Below are positions 17,267-25,543 of a stretch of DNA of 64,000 nt, piece after piece; the stretch's first letter is position 1; every line of letters starts with the position of its first letter. Location of the stretch: positions 13,335-77,334 of the forward strand of contig JAPOIY010000010.1 in assembly GCA_029978705.1 (NCBI GenBank), given 5' to 3'. This DNA is from Actinomycetota bacterium (GTDB lineage: Bacteria; Actinomycetota; Actinomycetes; S36-B12; GCA-2699445). The notes under the pieces were generated by a model. It did not search any database and was not told the DNA's origin. It saw nothing but the letters and a program-made list of their open reading frames with translations. The translations under genes and the position numbers were made by a program.

Positions 17267-18202
17267 GTGCACCCCATGCTCGCCACTCCCGGACCCCGCC
17301 CGAGCGGCCCGGAATGGGCATTCGAGGCGAAATTCGACGGAATTCGCCTCATCGCCACGCTCCGCGACGGCGTCCTACGGCTGACCAGCCGCACCGGCAA
17401 GGACCTGACCGCGGCATTCCCGGAACTCGCGGAGGTGGGACGGGCGCTGGTTGCGGCGGGGCATGACCGGGTGGTCCTCGACGGGGAACTCGTCTCCCGC
17501 AGGTCCGGTCCCGCGACCCTGCAGCAACTCGCTCCGCGGCTGCACCGCACGTCGGTCACCGCCGCACTGCAGGAGAGTCAGCCGGTGACCTATGTGGTGT
17601 TCGACCTCGTGGAACTGGACGGTGTCGATCTCGCAGGGCTGCCGTACGACACCCGCCACCGCAGGCTGCGCGACCTGCTGCCCGACACCGGGGCATGCAC
17701 CGTCAGCGAGAGTTACGCGGACGGCGCGGCGCTGTGGGAGGCGACCGCACGGCTGGGGATGGAGGGCGTCGTCGCCAAACGCCGCGACTCCCCGTACCGC
17801 GCGGGTGTGCGCAGCCGGGACTGGGTCAAGACCCCGCACCACGCCACCACCGACCTGGTCGTGATCGGCTGGCGGCCCGAGAACAGCGCCCGTACCCGCG
17901 TCGGGTCCCTGGTCCTGGCCGAACCCGACGGGGCCGGCGACCTGCAGTACGTGGGCTCCGCGGGGTCGGGGATCGGCGCCCCGGTGTCGGACGCCCTGAT
18001 GGGCGTGCTGCCCGCCCTGGCGCGGGACACCCCGGTGATCCCCGTTCCCGGCGGCGCGGGGCCGGCCCGCTGGGTGGAGCCCCACCTGGTCGTGTCGGTG
18101 CGCCACCTCGGCCGCACCCGGGAGCATCGGCTCCGGCAGCCCGTTATCGTCGCCCTGCGTCCGGACCTGACCGCGGCGGAGTTGCGCGGGGAGGCGCCAT
18201 GA
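17267..18202 (+). CDS. ligD: ATP-dependent DNA ligase (LigD ligase domain, stand-alone)
   Basis: 311 aa. Adenylation motif I is AFEAKFDGIRL (KxDG), followed by the nucleotidyltransferase and OB domains. The start is GTG 17267 or ATG 17276 (MLATPG...). It is divergent from ku with only a 17-26 nt gap. Confidence 0.85.
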   Translation: MHPMLATPGPRPSGPEWAFEAKFDGIRLIATLRDGVLRLTSRTGKDLTAAFPELAEVGRALVAAGHDRVVLDGELVSRRSGPATLQQLAPRLHRTSVTAALQESQPVTYVVFDLVELDGVDLAGLPYDTRHRRLRDLLPDTGACTVSESYADGAALWEATARLGMEGVVAKRRDSPYRAGVRSRDWVKTPHHATTDLVVIGWRPENSARTRVGSLVLAEPDGAGDLQYVGSAGSGIGAPVSDALMGVLPALARDTPVIPVPGGAGPARWVEPHLVVSVRHLGRTREHRLRQPVIVALRPDLTAAELRGEAP

Positions 18203-19056
18203 GCGAGTCGGTCTCCATCGGGGGTCACACGATCCGGGTGACGAACCTCGACCGGGTGATGTACCCGGAGGCTGGGACGACGAAGGCCGAGGTCCTCGAC
18301 TACCTGTTGGCCGTCGCGGAGCTGCTGGGGCACCAACTGCGGGACCGCTTGCTCACGCGCCGCCGGTGGCCGCACGGCGTCGCCGAAGAGTCCTTCTTCG
18401 AGAAGAACCTGCCGGCACACGCCCCCGCGTGGATCCCGACCGTGACCGCGGGGCGAGATCCGGTGCGCTACCCGGTGCTGCGCGAGGCGGTGCCGCAGGC
18501 GCCGCTCGCGTGGTTCGCGCAGATGGGGGTCCTGGAGTTCCACGTGCCCCAATGGCGGGCGGCCGCCGACGGCACGCCGGAGCCGCCCGACCGCATCGTC
18601 GTGGGCCTCGATCCGGGCGCGCCCGCGGGGCTGCCCGAGTGCGCCGTGGTGGCGGTGGCCGTGCGGGATGCGGTCGCGGGTCTGGGGCTCACCGCCCAGC
18701 CCGTCCTGTCGGGCAGCAAGGGCATGCAGGTGTACCTCCCGCTGCCGCCGTCCGGTCCGGTGGCCCGCGGCCTGTCCCCGCAGGGCGCGGCGGAGTTCGC
18801 CCACGGCCTGGCCACGACCCTCACCGAGGCGATGCCGGACCTGGTGGTGTCGCGCATGACGCGATCGCTGCGCCCGGGCAAGGTCTTCCTCGACTGGAGC
18901 CAGAACAACGGCAGCAAGACCACGGTGGCCCCCTACTCGCCGCGGGGCACCGCGCTGCCGCAGGTGGCGGCTCCGGTGACCTGGGCGGAGGTCGAAGCCG
19001 GCGGCCTGGTTCAGCTGACGATGGCTGATGTCCTTGTCCGTGAGGGGCTCGACTGA
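18199..19056 (+). CDS. LigD polymerase/primase (AEP, PolDom) domain protein, stand-alone
   Basis: ATG at 18199 (residue 169 of ORF 17695..19056) overlaps the ligase stop as ATGA. The 285-aa protein reads MSESVSIGGHTIRVTNLDRVMYPEAGTTKAEVLDYL... with SGSKGMQVYLPL and KVFLDWSQN motifs typical of LigD PolDom. Confidence 0.85.
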   Translation: MSESVSIGGHTIRVTNLDRVMYPEAGTTKAEVLDYLLAVAELLGHQLRDRLLTRRRWPHGVAEESFFEKNLPAHAPAWIPTVTAGRDPVRYPVLREAVPQAPLAWFAQMGVLEFHVPQWRAAADGTPEPPDRIVVGLDPGAPAGLPECAVVAVAVRDAVAGLGLTAQPVLSGSKGMQVYLPLPPSGPVARGLSPQGAAEFAHGLATTLTEAMPDLVVSRMTRSLRPGKVFLDWSQNNGSKTTVAPYSPRGTALPQVAAPVTWAEVEAGGLVQLTMADVLVREGLD

Positions 19057-19481
19057 GGTTGTTCCGGCGAGCGGGCCGAGTCAGCGCTGCAGGCGGGCTT
19101 GGCGCCGGGGAGTCGGTGGCGGTTCGCGGCCACCCACTGGTAGGCGGCGTCGGCCGCCCCGCGGAGGCCGGGCAGTTCCAGCAGGCCCGCGACACCGGGC
19201 CATGGGGGGCGCCCGGTCCGCAGCAGCGCCGCGACTGCGGCCGCCGACTCCTTCGTGACGCCGGGGGCACTCACCCACTGGACCGACGAACGGCAACGTT
19301 CCTCGGACACTCTCAGGACCGCCAGGTCGGCCCACTGCCAGGGCACCATGGCCACGGTGGGCCGCACCCAGCGATGTGCCCACCGGACACAGGACGAACA
19401 GAAGGCACAGTCCCCGTCGAACAGCAGAACCGGCGCAGCCGTCCGCGGCTGGGGGACCGACGGGGCCCGGCCCTGGATCAC
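19011..19481 (-). CDS. DCC-family thiol-disulfide oxidoreductase (DUF393)
   Basis: 156 aa. N-terminal LLFDGDCAFCSSCVRW (DxxCxxC). The GTG start overlaps the DEAD-box helicase stop as GTGA. The 3' end overlaps the convergent PolDom gene by 46 nt. Confidence 0.7.
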   Translation of the reverse strand: MIQGRAPSVPQPRTAAPVLLFDGDCAFCSSCVRWAHRWVRPTVAMVPWQWADLAVLRVSEERCRSSVQWVSAPGVTKESAAAVAALLRTGRPPWPGVAGLLELPGLRGAADAAYQWVAANRHRLPGAKPACSADSARSPEQPQSSPSRTRTSAIVS

Positions 19482-21223
19482 TTCGACTTCTTGTGCCGCG
19501 GCTTCTTGGTCCGGTTCTTGGTCGGCTTGACACCACGATCCGGTCGCGAGGGGCGCCGCGGCCGGTCCCCGGGGCCGTCCTCACGGGTCAGGTCGATCAG
19601 TTGCCCTGAGATGCGCGTCCTGGCCAGCCTGTCGCGGGTCTCTTTCGACAAGGTCGCGGGCAGCTCGACGAAGGAGTGGTCGCCGCGGATGTCGATGCGC
19701 CCGAAGTCCTCCCGCCGCAGCCCGCCCTCGTTGGCGAGCGCGCCCACGATCTGTCGCGGCTCGGCATGCTGGCGCCGGCCCACGCTGATGCGGTAGCGCG
19801 CCAGCGGCGGCCCCGAACGCCGCCGCGGCTCCCGGGAATCGCGTTCCCGGCGCTCGGGACGCGAGCGTTGCGCGCGTTCTGCGTCGGGGTCGAGCAGCAG
19901 CGGCTTGTCACCCTGAAGGACCCGCGCGAGGGCGGCGGCCACGTCGACCTCGGGGACATCGTGCTCCTGCATGTAGTGGGTGACCACGTCCCGGAAGAAC
20001 GAGATGTCCTCGGACTCGAGAGCCTGGGTGATGGCGTCGTCGAACCGCGCCAGGCGACTGCTGTTGATGTCCTCCGCCGTGGGAAGTGACATCTGGGTGA
20101 GGGGCTGGCGCGTCGCCTTCTCGATGACCTTCAGCAGGTACCGCTCCCGCGGGGTGATGAAGGAGATGGCCTCGCCGCTGCGTCCGGCGCGGCCGGTGCG
20201 GCCGATGCGGTGCACGTAGGACTCGGGGTCGGTGGAGATGTCGTAGTTGACGACGTGGCTGATGCGCTCGACGTCGAGCCCACGGGCAGCGACGTCGGTG
20301 GCCACGAGGATGTCGAGTTTGCCGGAGCGCAGATGTTCCACGATCCTCTCGCGCTGAACCTGGGGCACGTCCCCGTTGATGGCGGCGGCCGAGAAACCCC
20401 GGGCGCGCAGCTTCTCCGCCAGCGTCTCGGTCTCGTTCTTGGTCCGGACGAACACGATCATCCCATCGAAGTTCTCGACCTCGAGGATGCGCGTGAGGGC
20501 ATCGACCTTCTGCGGGTAGGACACGATCAGGTAGCGCTGGTTGGTGTTCGCGGACGTCGTCGTCCGGCCCTTGATCGTGATCTCCTCCGGATCCGTCAGG
20601 TAGCGCTGGGCCAGGCGCTTGATGGCAGCGGGCATCGTGGCTGAGAAGAGGGCCACCTGCTTGTCGTCAGGGGTGTCGGCCAGGATTGTCTCGACATCCT
20701 CGGCGAAGCCCATCTTGAGCATCTCGTCAGCCTCGTCGAGGACGAGGAAACGCAGCGCGGTCAGATCCAGAGTGCCCTTGTCGAGGTGATCCATGATCCT
20801 GCCGGGGGTTCCCACCACCACCTCGACACCTCGGCGCAGCGCACTCAACTGCACGCCGTAACCCTGCCCGCCGTAGACGGGTAGCACCCGCACGTCGGCC
20901 TTGCGTGCGGCGTAGCGCTCAAAGGCCTCACAGACCTGCAACGCGAGTTCCCGCGTCGGGGTCAGGACGAGTGCCTGGGGCTGCGTGCGACCGGATCCGG
21001 TCTCGAGCCGGTCGAGAATCGGCAGCGCGAACGCCGCGGTCTTTCCCGTTCCGGTCTGGGCGAGCCCGACCACGTCACTGCCCGCAAGGAGTGGCGGGAT
21101 GGCGGCGGCCTGGATCGCCGACGGCGTCTCGTACCCCACCTCAGCCAAGGCGTCGAGCATCGGCCGGCTCAGGCCGAGGTCGTCGAAAAGGGGTGCGGCG
21201 GTGCCGGCGTCATCGTGGGTCAC
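19478..21223 (-). CDS. DEAD-box ATP-dependent RNA helicase with a DbpA-like RNA-binding region and a basic tail
   Basis: 581 aa. Q-motif region, motif I AQTGTGKTAAF, motif II VLDEADEML, SAT, HRIGRTGRAG. The C-terminus is Arg/Lys rich (..KPTKNRTKKPRHKKSK). Confidence 0.9.
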   Translation of the reverse strand: MTHDDAGTAAPLFDDLGLSRPMLDALAEVGYETPSAIQAAAIPPLLAGSDVVGLAQTGTGKTAAFALPILDRLETGSGRTQPQALVLTPTRELALQVCEAFERYAARKADVRVLPVYGGQGYGVQLSALRRGVEVVVGTPGRIMDHLDKGTLDLTALRFLVLDEADEMLKMGFAEDVETILADTPDDKQVALFSATMPAAIKRLAQRYLTDPEEITIKGRTTTSANTNQRYLIVSYPQKVDALTRILEVENFDGMIVFVRTKNETETLAEKLRARGFSAAAINGDVPQVQRERIVEHLRSGKLDILVATDVAARGLDVERISHVVNYDISTDPESYVHRIGRTGRAGRSGEAISFITPRERYLLKVIEKATRQPLTQMSLPTAEDINSSRLARFDDAITQALESEDISFFRDVVTHYMQEHDVPEVDVAAALARVLQGDKPLLLDPDAERAQRSRPERRERDSREPRRRSGPPLARYRISVGRRQHAEPRQIVGALANEGGLRREDFGRIDIRGDHSFVELPATLSKETRDRLARTRISGQLIDLTREDGPGDRPRRPSRPDRGVKPTKNRTKKPRHKKSK

Positions 21224-21313
21224 CGTCCCGACCCTACCGCGCGGAGATGGCGTGGCCCGACGGGATGGTCCACGGGCACCGGCTGACCACCGAACCAGTG
21301 GGCGGAGTCTCGC

Positions 21314-22984
21314 TCAGACCTCGACGACAACGGGCACGATCATGGGTCGCCGCCGGTGCGTCTTGGACACCCAGCGCCCGACGACGCGGCGCACGACCTG
21401 CTGCAACTGACGGGAGTCGGTGACGCCGTCCGCCAGCGCCCGCTCCAGGGCCCGGGCCACGTCGGGCCGGATGTCGGTGAAGATCTTGTCGTCGTCGGCG
21501 AACCCGCGTTCGTGCAGCTCGGGCCCCGCCACCACCTTGCCCGCTGCAACGTCGACGGCCACGAAGACGGAGATGAAGCCCTCCTCGCCGAGGATGATGC
21601 GGTCCTTCAGCTGGGACTCCGTGATGTCGCCGACACTGGACCCGTCGACGTAGACGTAGCCGACCGGGATGTGCCCCACCACGGTCACCTGGTCGTCGAG
21701 CAGATCCACCACCGTGCCGTTCTCGGCCAGGACGACGTGGTCGGCGGGGATCCCGGTCATCTCCGCCAGGGCAGCGTTCGCCCGCAGGTGCCGCCACTCG
21801 CCGTGCACGGGCATGACGTTGCGGGGTTTGACGATGTTGTAGAGCGTCAGCAGTTCGCCGGCGGACGCGTGTCCGGACACGTGCACCATCGCGTTGTTCT
21901 TGTGCACGACGGTGGCACCCTGCCGGATCAGCCCGTTGATGACGCGGTTCACGGAGTTCTCGTTGCCGGGGATGAGGGAGGACGCCAGGACGACGGTGTC
22001 ACCGGGCCCGACCTCGATCTCGTGGTCCCGGTTGGCGATGCGGGACAGGGCGGCCATGGGCTCCCCCTGCGAGCCCGTACAGATCAGGACCGCCTGGTCG
22101 TCCGGCAGGTCCTTCATGTCGTCCACGCTGATCAGCGTGTTGCCGGGCACCGTCAGATAGCCCAGATCGCGCGCAACGTTCATGTTGCGCACCATGGACC
22201 GTCCGACGAAGGCGGCGCGGCGGCCGTGGGACACGGCGGCGTCGAGGACCTGCTGGATGCGGTGCACGTGTGAGGCGAAGGAGGCCACGATGAGGCGGCC
22301 TTCGGCCTGCGCGAAGACCCGGTCCAGGACCGGCGCGATGTCCCGTTCGCTGATGAGGAAGCCGGGGACCTCCGCGTTGGTGGAGTCCACCATGAGCAGG
22401 TCCACGCCCTCGTCGCCGAGTTGTGCGAACGCGTTGAGGTCCGTGGTGCGGCCGTCGAGGGGCAGTTGATCGATCTTGAAGTCGCCGGTGTGGATGACCA
22501 CCTGGTCGGCGGTGCGCACCGCGACCGCCAAGGCGTCCGGGATGGAGTGCGTGACGTTGAGGAACTCGACGGTGAAGGGTCCCGCGGTGATCTCGGTGTC
22601 CGCCTCGACCTGGCGGAGGTCGGCCTTGAGCCGGTGTTCCCGCAACTTGGCCTCGAGGAAGGCCAAGGTCAGGCGCGACCCGTAGATCGGGAACTGGTCG
22701 TGCTCGCGGAGCAGGAAGGGCACCGCGCCGATGTGGTCCTCGTGCCCGTGGGTGAGCACCAGGGCCACCACGTCGTCCCACCGGTCGTCGAGGTAACTGA
22801 AGTCGGGCAGGATCAGATCGACACCGGGCTGCTGATCTTCGGGGAAGAGGACTCCGCAGTCGATGATGAGCAGTTTGCCGGCGTACTCGAGCACGGCCAT
22901 GTTCCGGCCGATCGCGCCGAGGCCCCCGAGGGCGACCACCCGCAGGGCGTGCGGCGGCAGGGGCGGGGGCTGGCGCAGGGTCAC
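21314..22984 (-). CDS. rnj: Ribonuclease J
   Basis: 556 aa. Metallo-beta-lactamase motif LTHGHEDHIGA, a beta-CASP domain and an RNase J C-terminal domain. It sits downstream of dapA, as in other actinobacteria. Confidence 0.95.
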   Translation of the reverse strand: MTLRQPPPLPPHALRVVALGGLGAIGRNMAVLEYAGKLLIIDCGVLFPEDQQPGVDLILPDFSYLDDRWDDVVALVLTHGHEDHIGAVPFLLREHDQFPIYGSRLTLAFLEAKLREHRLKADLRQVEADTEITAGPFTVEFLNVTHSIPDALAVAVRTADQVVIHTGDFKIDQLPLDGRTTDLNAFAQLGDEGVDLLMVDSTNAEVPGFLISERDIAPVLDRVFAQAEGRLIVASFASHVHRIQQVLDAAVSHGRRAAFVGRSMVRNMNVARDLGYLTVPGNTLISVDDMKDLPDDQAVLICTGSQGEPMAALSRIANRDHEIEVGPGDTVVLASSLIPGNENSVNRVINGLIRQGATVVHKNNAMVHVSGHASAGELLTLYNIVKPRNVMPVHGEWRHLRANAALAEMTGIPADHVVLAENGTVVDLLDDQVTVVGHIPVGYVYVDGSSVGDITESQLKDRIILGEEGFISVFVAVDVAAGKVVAGPELHERGFADDDKIFTDIRPDVARALERALADGVTDSRQLQQVVRRVVGRWVSKTHRRRPMIVPVVVEV

Positions 22985-23883
22985 AGGTCGAATCCTCCGG
23001 CTTTCAGGTCCTGGCGTAACTGTTCCCGCTGCCGGTCGTCGGCGGCCACCAGGGGCAGGCGCAGCGAGCCGCCCCCGGGTCGTTCGAGCAGGTCCAGCGC
23101 GGCCTTCACCATGATCACTCCCTGGGTACGCGTCATGATGCCGGTGATCACCGGCATGAGGGACAGGTGGATCGCCGTCGCGGTCCGGGTGTCACCAGCC
23201 TCCCAGGCGGCAGCCATCGCGGCCAGCCGGTCCGCGACCACGTGTCCGACGACGCTGACCATACCGACGGCTCCGACGCTCAGCAGAGGCAGGTTGAGGC
23301 CGTCGTCACCGGAGTACCAGGCCAGGGTGTCACCGGTCTCGTGAATCACGCGGGCGGCGGCGAAGGGGTCGCCCGTCGCGTCCTTGTTGGCCACGATGCG
23401 GGGGTGTTCGGCCAGGCTCACCAACGCGTCGTGACCGATTGCGACCCCGGCCCGGCCCGGGATGTCGTACAGCATGATGGGGCTGTCCGTGGCGTCCGCG
23501 ACCGTGCGGAAGTGGGCGAGCAGTCCGGCCTGCGGCGGCTTGTTGTAGTAGGGGGTGACCACCAACAGGCCGGCGGCACCCGCGGTCTCCGCTGACCGGG
23601 CCAGGGCGATGGTGTGGACGGTGTCGTTGGTACCGACCCCGGCCACGACGACGGCTCGGTCCCCGACCGCGGCCACGACCTCGCGTACCAGGTCGGCCTT
23701 CTCGGCGTCGGTCGTGGTGGGGGACTCCCCGGTCGTGCCGTTCACGACCAGCCCGTCGTTGCCCAGGTCCACCAGATCGTTGGCGAGTTCCGCGGCCGCG
23801 GCCAGATCCACGGCGCCTTCCGCCGTGAACGGGGTCACCATGGCCGTCAGGACCCGGCCGAAGGGGGCACGAGGTGTTGTCAT
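22981..23883 (-). CDS. dapA: 4-hydroxy-tetrahydrodipicolinate synthase
   Basis: Internal ATG at 23883 (residue 185 of ORF 22981..24435). The 300-aa protein reads MTTPRAPFGRVLTAMVTPF...NGTTGESPT...VVTPYYNKP. It has 4-nt overlaps on both sides. Confidence 0.95.
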   Translation of the reverse strand: MTTPRAPFGRVLTAMVTPFTAEGAVDLAAAAELANDLVDLGNDGLVVNGTTGESPTTTDAEKADLVREVVAAVGDRAVVVAGVGTNDTVHTIALARSAETAGAAGLLVVTPYYNKPPQAGLLAHFRTVADATDSPIMLYDIPGRAGVAIGHDALVSLAEHPRIVANKDATGDPFAAARVIHETGDTLAWYSGDDGLNLPLLSVGAVGMVSVVGHVVADRLAAMAAAWEAGDTRTATAIHLSLMPVITGIMTRTQGVIMVKAALDLLERPGGGSLRLPLVAADDRQREQLRQDLKAGGFDL

Positions 23884-24755
23884 CGGTTCACCGGTCCCGC
23901 TAGTGCCGTTCGTTCCACATAGGTCCGGGCCGCCTTGTCGTGCAGCGCCTGGCTGCGCACATCCCACAGCGGCCACAGGTAGTCCAGTATCCACGTTGCG
24001 AGGGCGAGCACCCCCAGGAGAGGTGCCGCCTGCAGCAACACGAGCACCGCCGGGATGAGCCACCGCAGGGTCGCTGCGCCGAATCCCGGCACCGTGCGGG
24101 CGGCGGTCACCTTGCGGATGCCCATCACGCGGTCTCCGATGGTCTGCCCGCTGGCGGCGACCAGAAGCACTCCGTTCCCGAAACTGAGCACGAGGCTGAC
24201 CACCCACAGCCACGTCACGAACGGCAGGAGCCCGGGGCCCAGCAACCGCTGCAACTCCGCCTCGGTGGGCTGATAGCCCGGATTGGCCTCTGCTTTGGCC
24301 AGCAGGTCGTTCCACGTGGCCGTGTCGATCAGGGTCCCGAAACCGCCCGTCACGGCGGCCACCACGACGAGGATCACGGCGGCGACGATCGAGATGACGA
24401 CGAGGTCGATGACGTACCCGCCCAGGCGGCGCCACCAGCCGGACAGCACCTGCCCGGCGGGACCGAGACGCACGGCACCCGCGGGGCGAGCGGGGGCGGG
24501 CAGCCCGACGGGCGGCGCGAAGGCCACGGGTGGCACCGTCCCCGAAGGGAGCGGCGCCGGGACCTCGGGCTGTGCCGGAATTCCGGTCTGGGCCGGGACC
24601 TCGGACTGCACCGGCGGCTCGGCCGGCGGCTGCTCCGGGGCCGGCTCCGGGGCCGGGGGCGGGGACAGTTGCGACGTCCAGGCCGCACCCGTCCAGTAGC
24701 GGTACCGCGCCACCCCGCCGGGGTCCGGGTACCAGCCGGCCGGGGGGTTCGTCAC
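23880..24755 (-). CDS. DUF2510 (GWYPDP) N-terminal domain / Pro-rich linker / RDD-family membrane protein
   Basis: GTG at 24755 (residue 21 of ORF 23880..24815) overlaps the thyX stop as GTGA. The protein has PAGWYPDPGGVARYRYWTGAAW, then about 60 aa of Pro-rich linker, then an RDD-type 3-TM domain (WWRRLGGYVIDL...GDRVMGIRKV). Confidence 0.75.
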   Translation of the reverse strand: MTNPPAGWYPDPGGVARYRYWTGAAWTSQLSPPPAPEPAPEQPPAEPPVQSEVPAQTGIPAQPEVPAPLPSGTVPPVAFAPPVGLPAPARPAGAVRLGPAGQVLSGWWRRLGGYVIDLVVISIVAAVILVVVAAVTGGFGTLIDTATWNDLLAKAEANPGYQPTEAELQRLLGPGLLPFVTWLWVVSLVLSFGNGVLLVAASGQTIGDRVMGIRKVTAARTVPGFGAATLRWLIPAVLVLLQAAPLLGVLALATWILDYLWPLWDVRSQALHDKAARTYVERTALAGPVNR

Positions 24756-25477
24756 GGGGCGACCCGGCCGTTCGCCTCGAAGGCCGCGTGCGTGAGCGGC
24801 ATCAGGGCCGCCCACTCCTGCTCCATCCGCTCGGCGACCATCTCGATCTCCCGCTGCGGGAAGGACGGGAAGTGGGAATCGTCCCGCTGGGTGCGCAGCG
24901 ACAGGAAGTTCATGAGGCTGCGGGCGTTCAGAGTGACGTACATGGACGAGTACGTGGCGACGGGCAGCACGCCCCGCGCCACCTCGCGCGCCACTCCGGC
25001 CGCCAGCATGGTCTGGTAGGCGGCGTACGCCTGCTCACAGGACCGCTGCGTCTCCGCCACGACCACGCGATGCTGCTCCTCGGTCCCGGCCACGAACTCG
25101 TAGGCGCCCGGCTTGCCGTGCTGGACCAGCCGTCGGTCCGGACCGGGCACGTAGAACACGGGCTCGAGTTCGCGGTACCGGCCCGACTCCTCGTTGTAGG
25201 ACGCCATCCGGTGCCGCATGAACTCCCGGAACACGAAGATCGGGGCCGACACGAAGTACGTCAGGGAGTTGTGCTCGAAGGGGGTGCCGTGACGGTCCCG
25301 CATCAGGTAGTTGATGAGGCCGCGGGACCGCTCGGCGTCCGCGGTGACATCCGCCAGCGAGGACTCCCCCTTCGTGGAGACGCGCGCCGCCCACACGACG
25401 TCGGCATCCGACGCGGTCGCCTTGATCAACTCCACCGTCATGTCGCTGCGGAACTTCACCGCCGGCGTCTCGGGCAT
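24752..25477 (-). CDS. thyX: FAD-dependent thymidylate synthase ThyX
   Basis: 241 aa. ThyX signature RHRMASYNEESGRY (RHRxxSxxxxSxR). Confidence 0.95.
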   Translation of the reverse strand: MPETPAVKFRSDMTVELIKATASDADVVWAARVSTKGESSLADVTADAERSRGLINYLMRDRHGTPFEHNSLTYFVSAPIFVFREFMRHRMASYNEESGRYRELEPVFYVPGPDRRLVQHGKPGAYEFVAGTEEQHRVVVAETQRSCEQAYAAYQTMLAAGVAREVARGVLPVATYSSMYVTLNARSLMNFLSLRTQRDDSHFPSFPQREIEMVAERMEQEWAALMPLTHAAFEANGRVAP

Positions 25478-25490
25478 GCCTGGTCCTCTC

Positions 25491-25515
25491 GTCGCCCCCA
25501 GGCTAACCGGGCGAC
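25491..25515 (-). terminator. GC-rich hairpin between the FAD-oxidase stop and the thyX start
   Basis: On the plus strand, GTCGCCC (25491-25497) pairs with GGGCGAC (25509-25515): a 7-bp stem with an 11-nt loop and no U-tract. It could be a terminator or a 5' UTR element of thyX. Confidence 0.3.
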
Positions 25516-25543
25516 CACCGGGCCCCGGCGTCGCCGCACCGGG

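Noticed and set aside
18170-18210. Possible programmed -1 frameshift fusing the LigD ligase and polymerase ORFs (the Pol frame is -1 relative to Lig).
   Set aside because: No slippery X_XXY_YYZ heptamer precedes the stop (the codons are GCG GAG TTG CGC GGG GAG GCG CCA TGA) and there is no obvious downstream structure. An ATGA start/stop overlap is the simpler explanation, and a sequencing indel cannot be excluded.
5607-21223. Helicase-rich stretch (Lhr, FtsK, DEAD-box) plus Ku/LigD considered as a possible phage-defence island.
   Set aside because: Each gene is a well-known repair, segregation or RNA-metabolism orthologue in conserved chromosomal context. There are no nuclease/methylase/TIR/Sir2/STAND-type partners, no toxin-antitoxin pairs and no compositional island.
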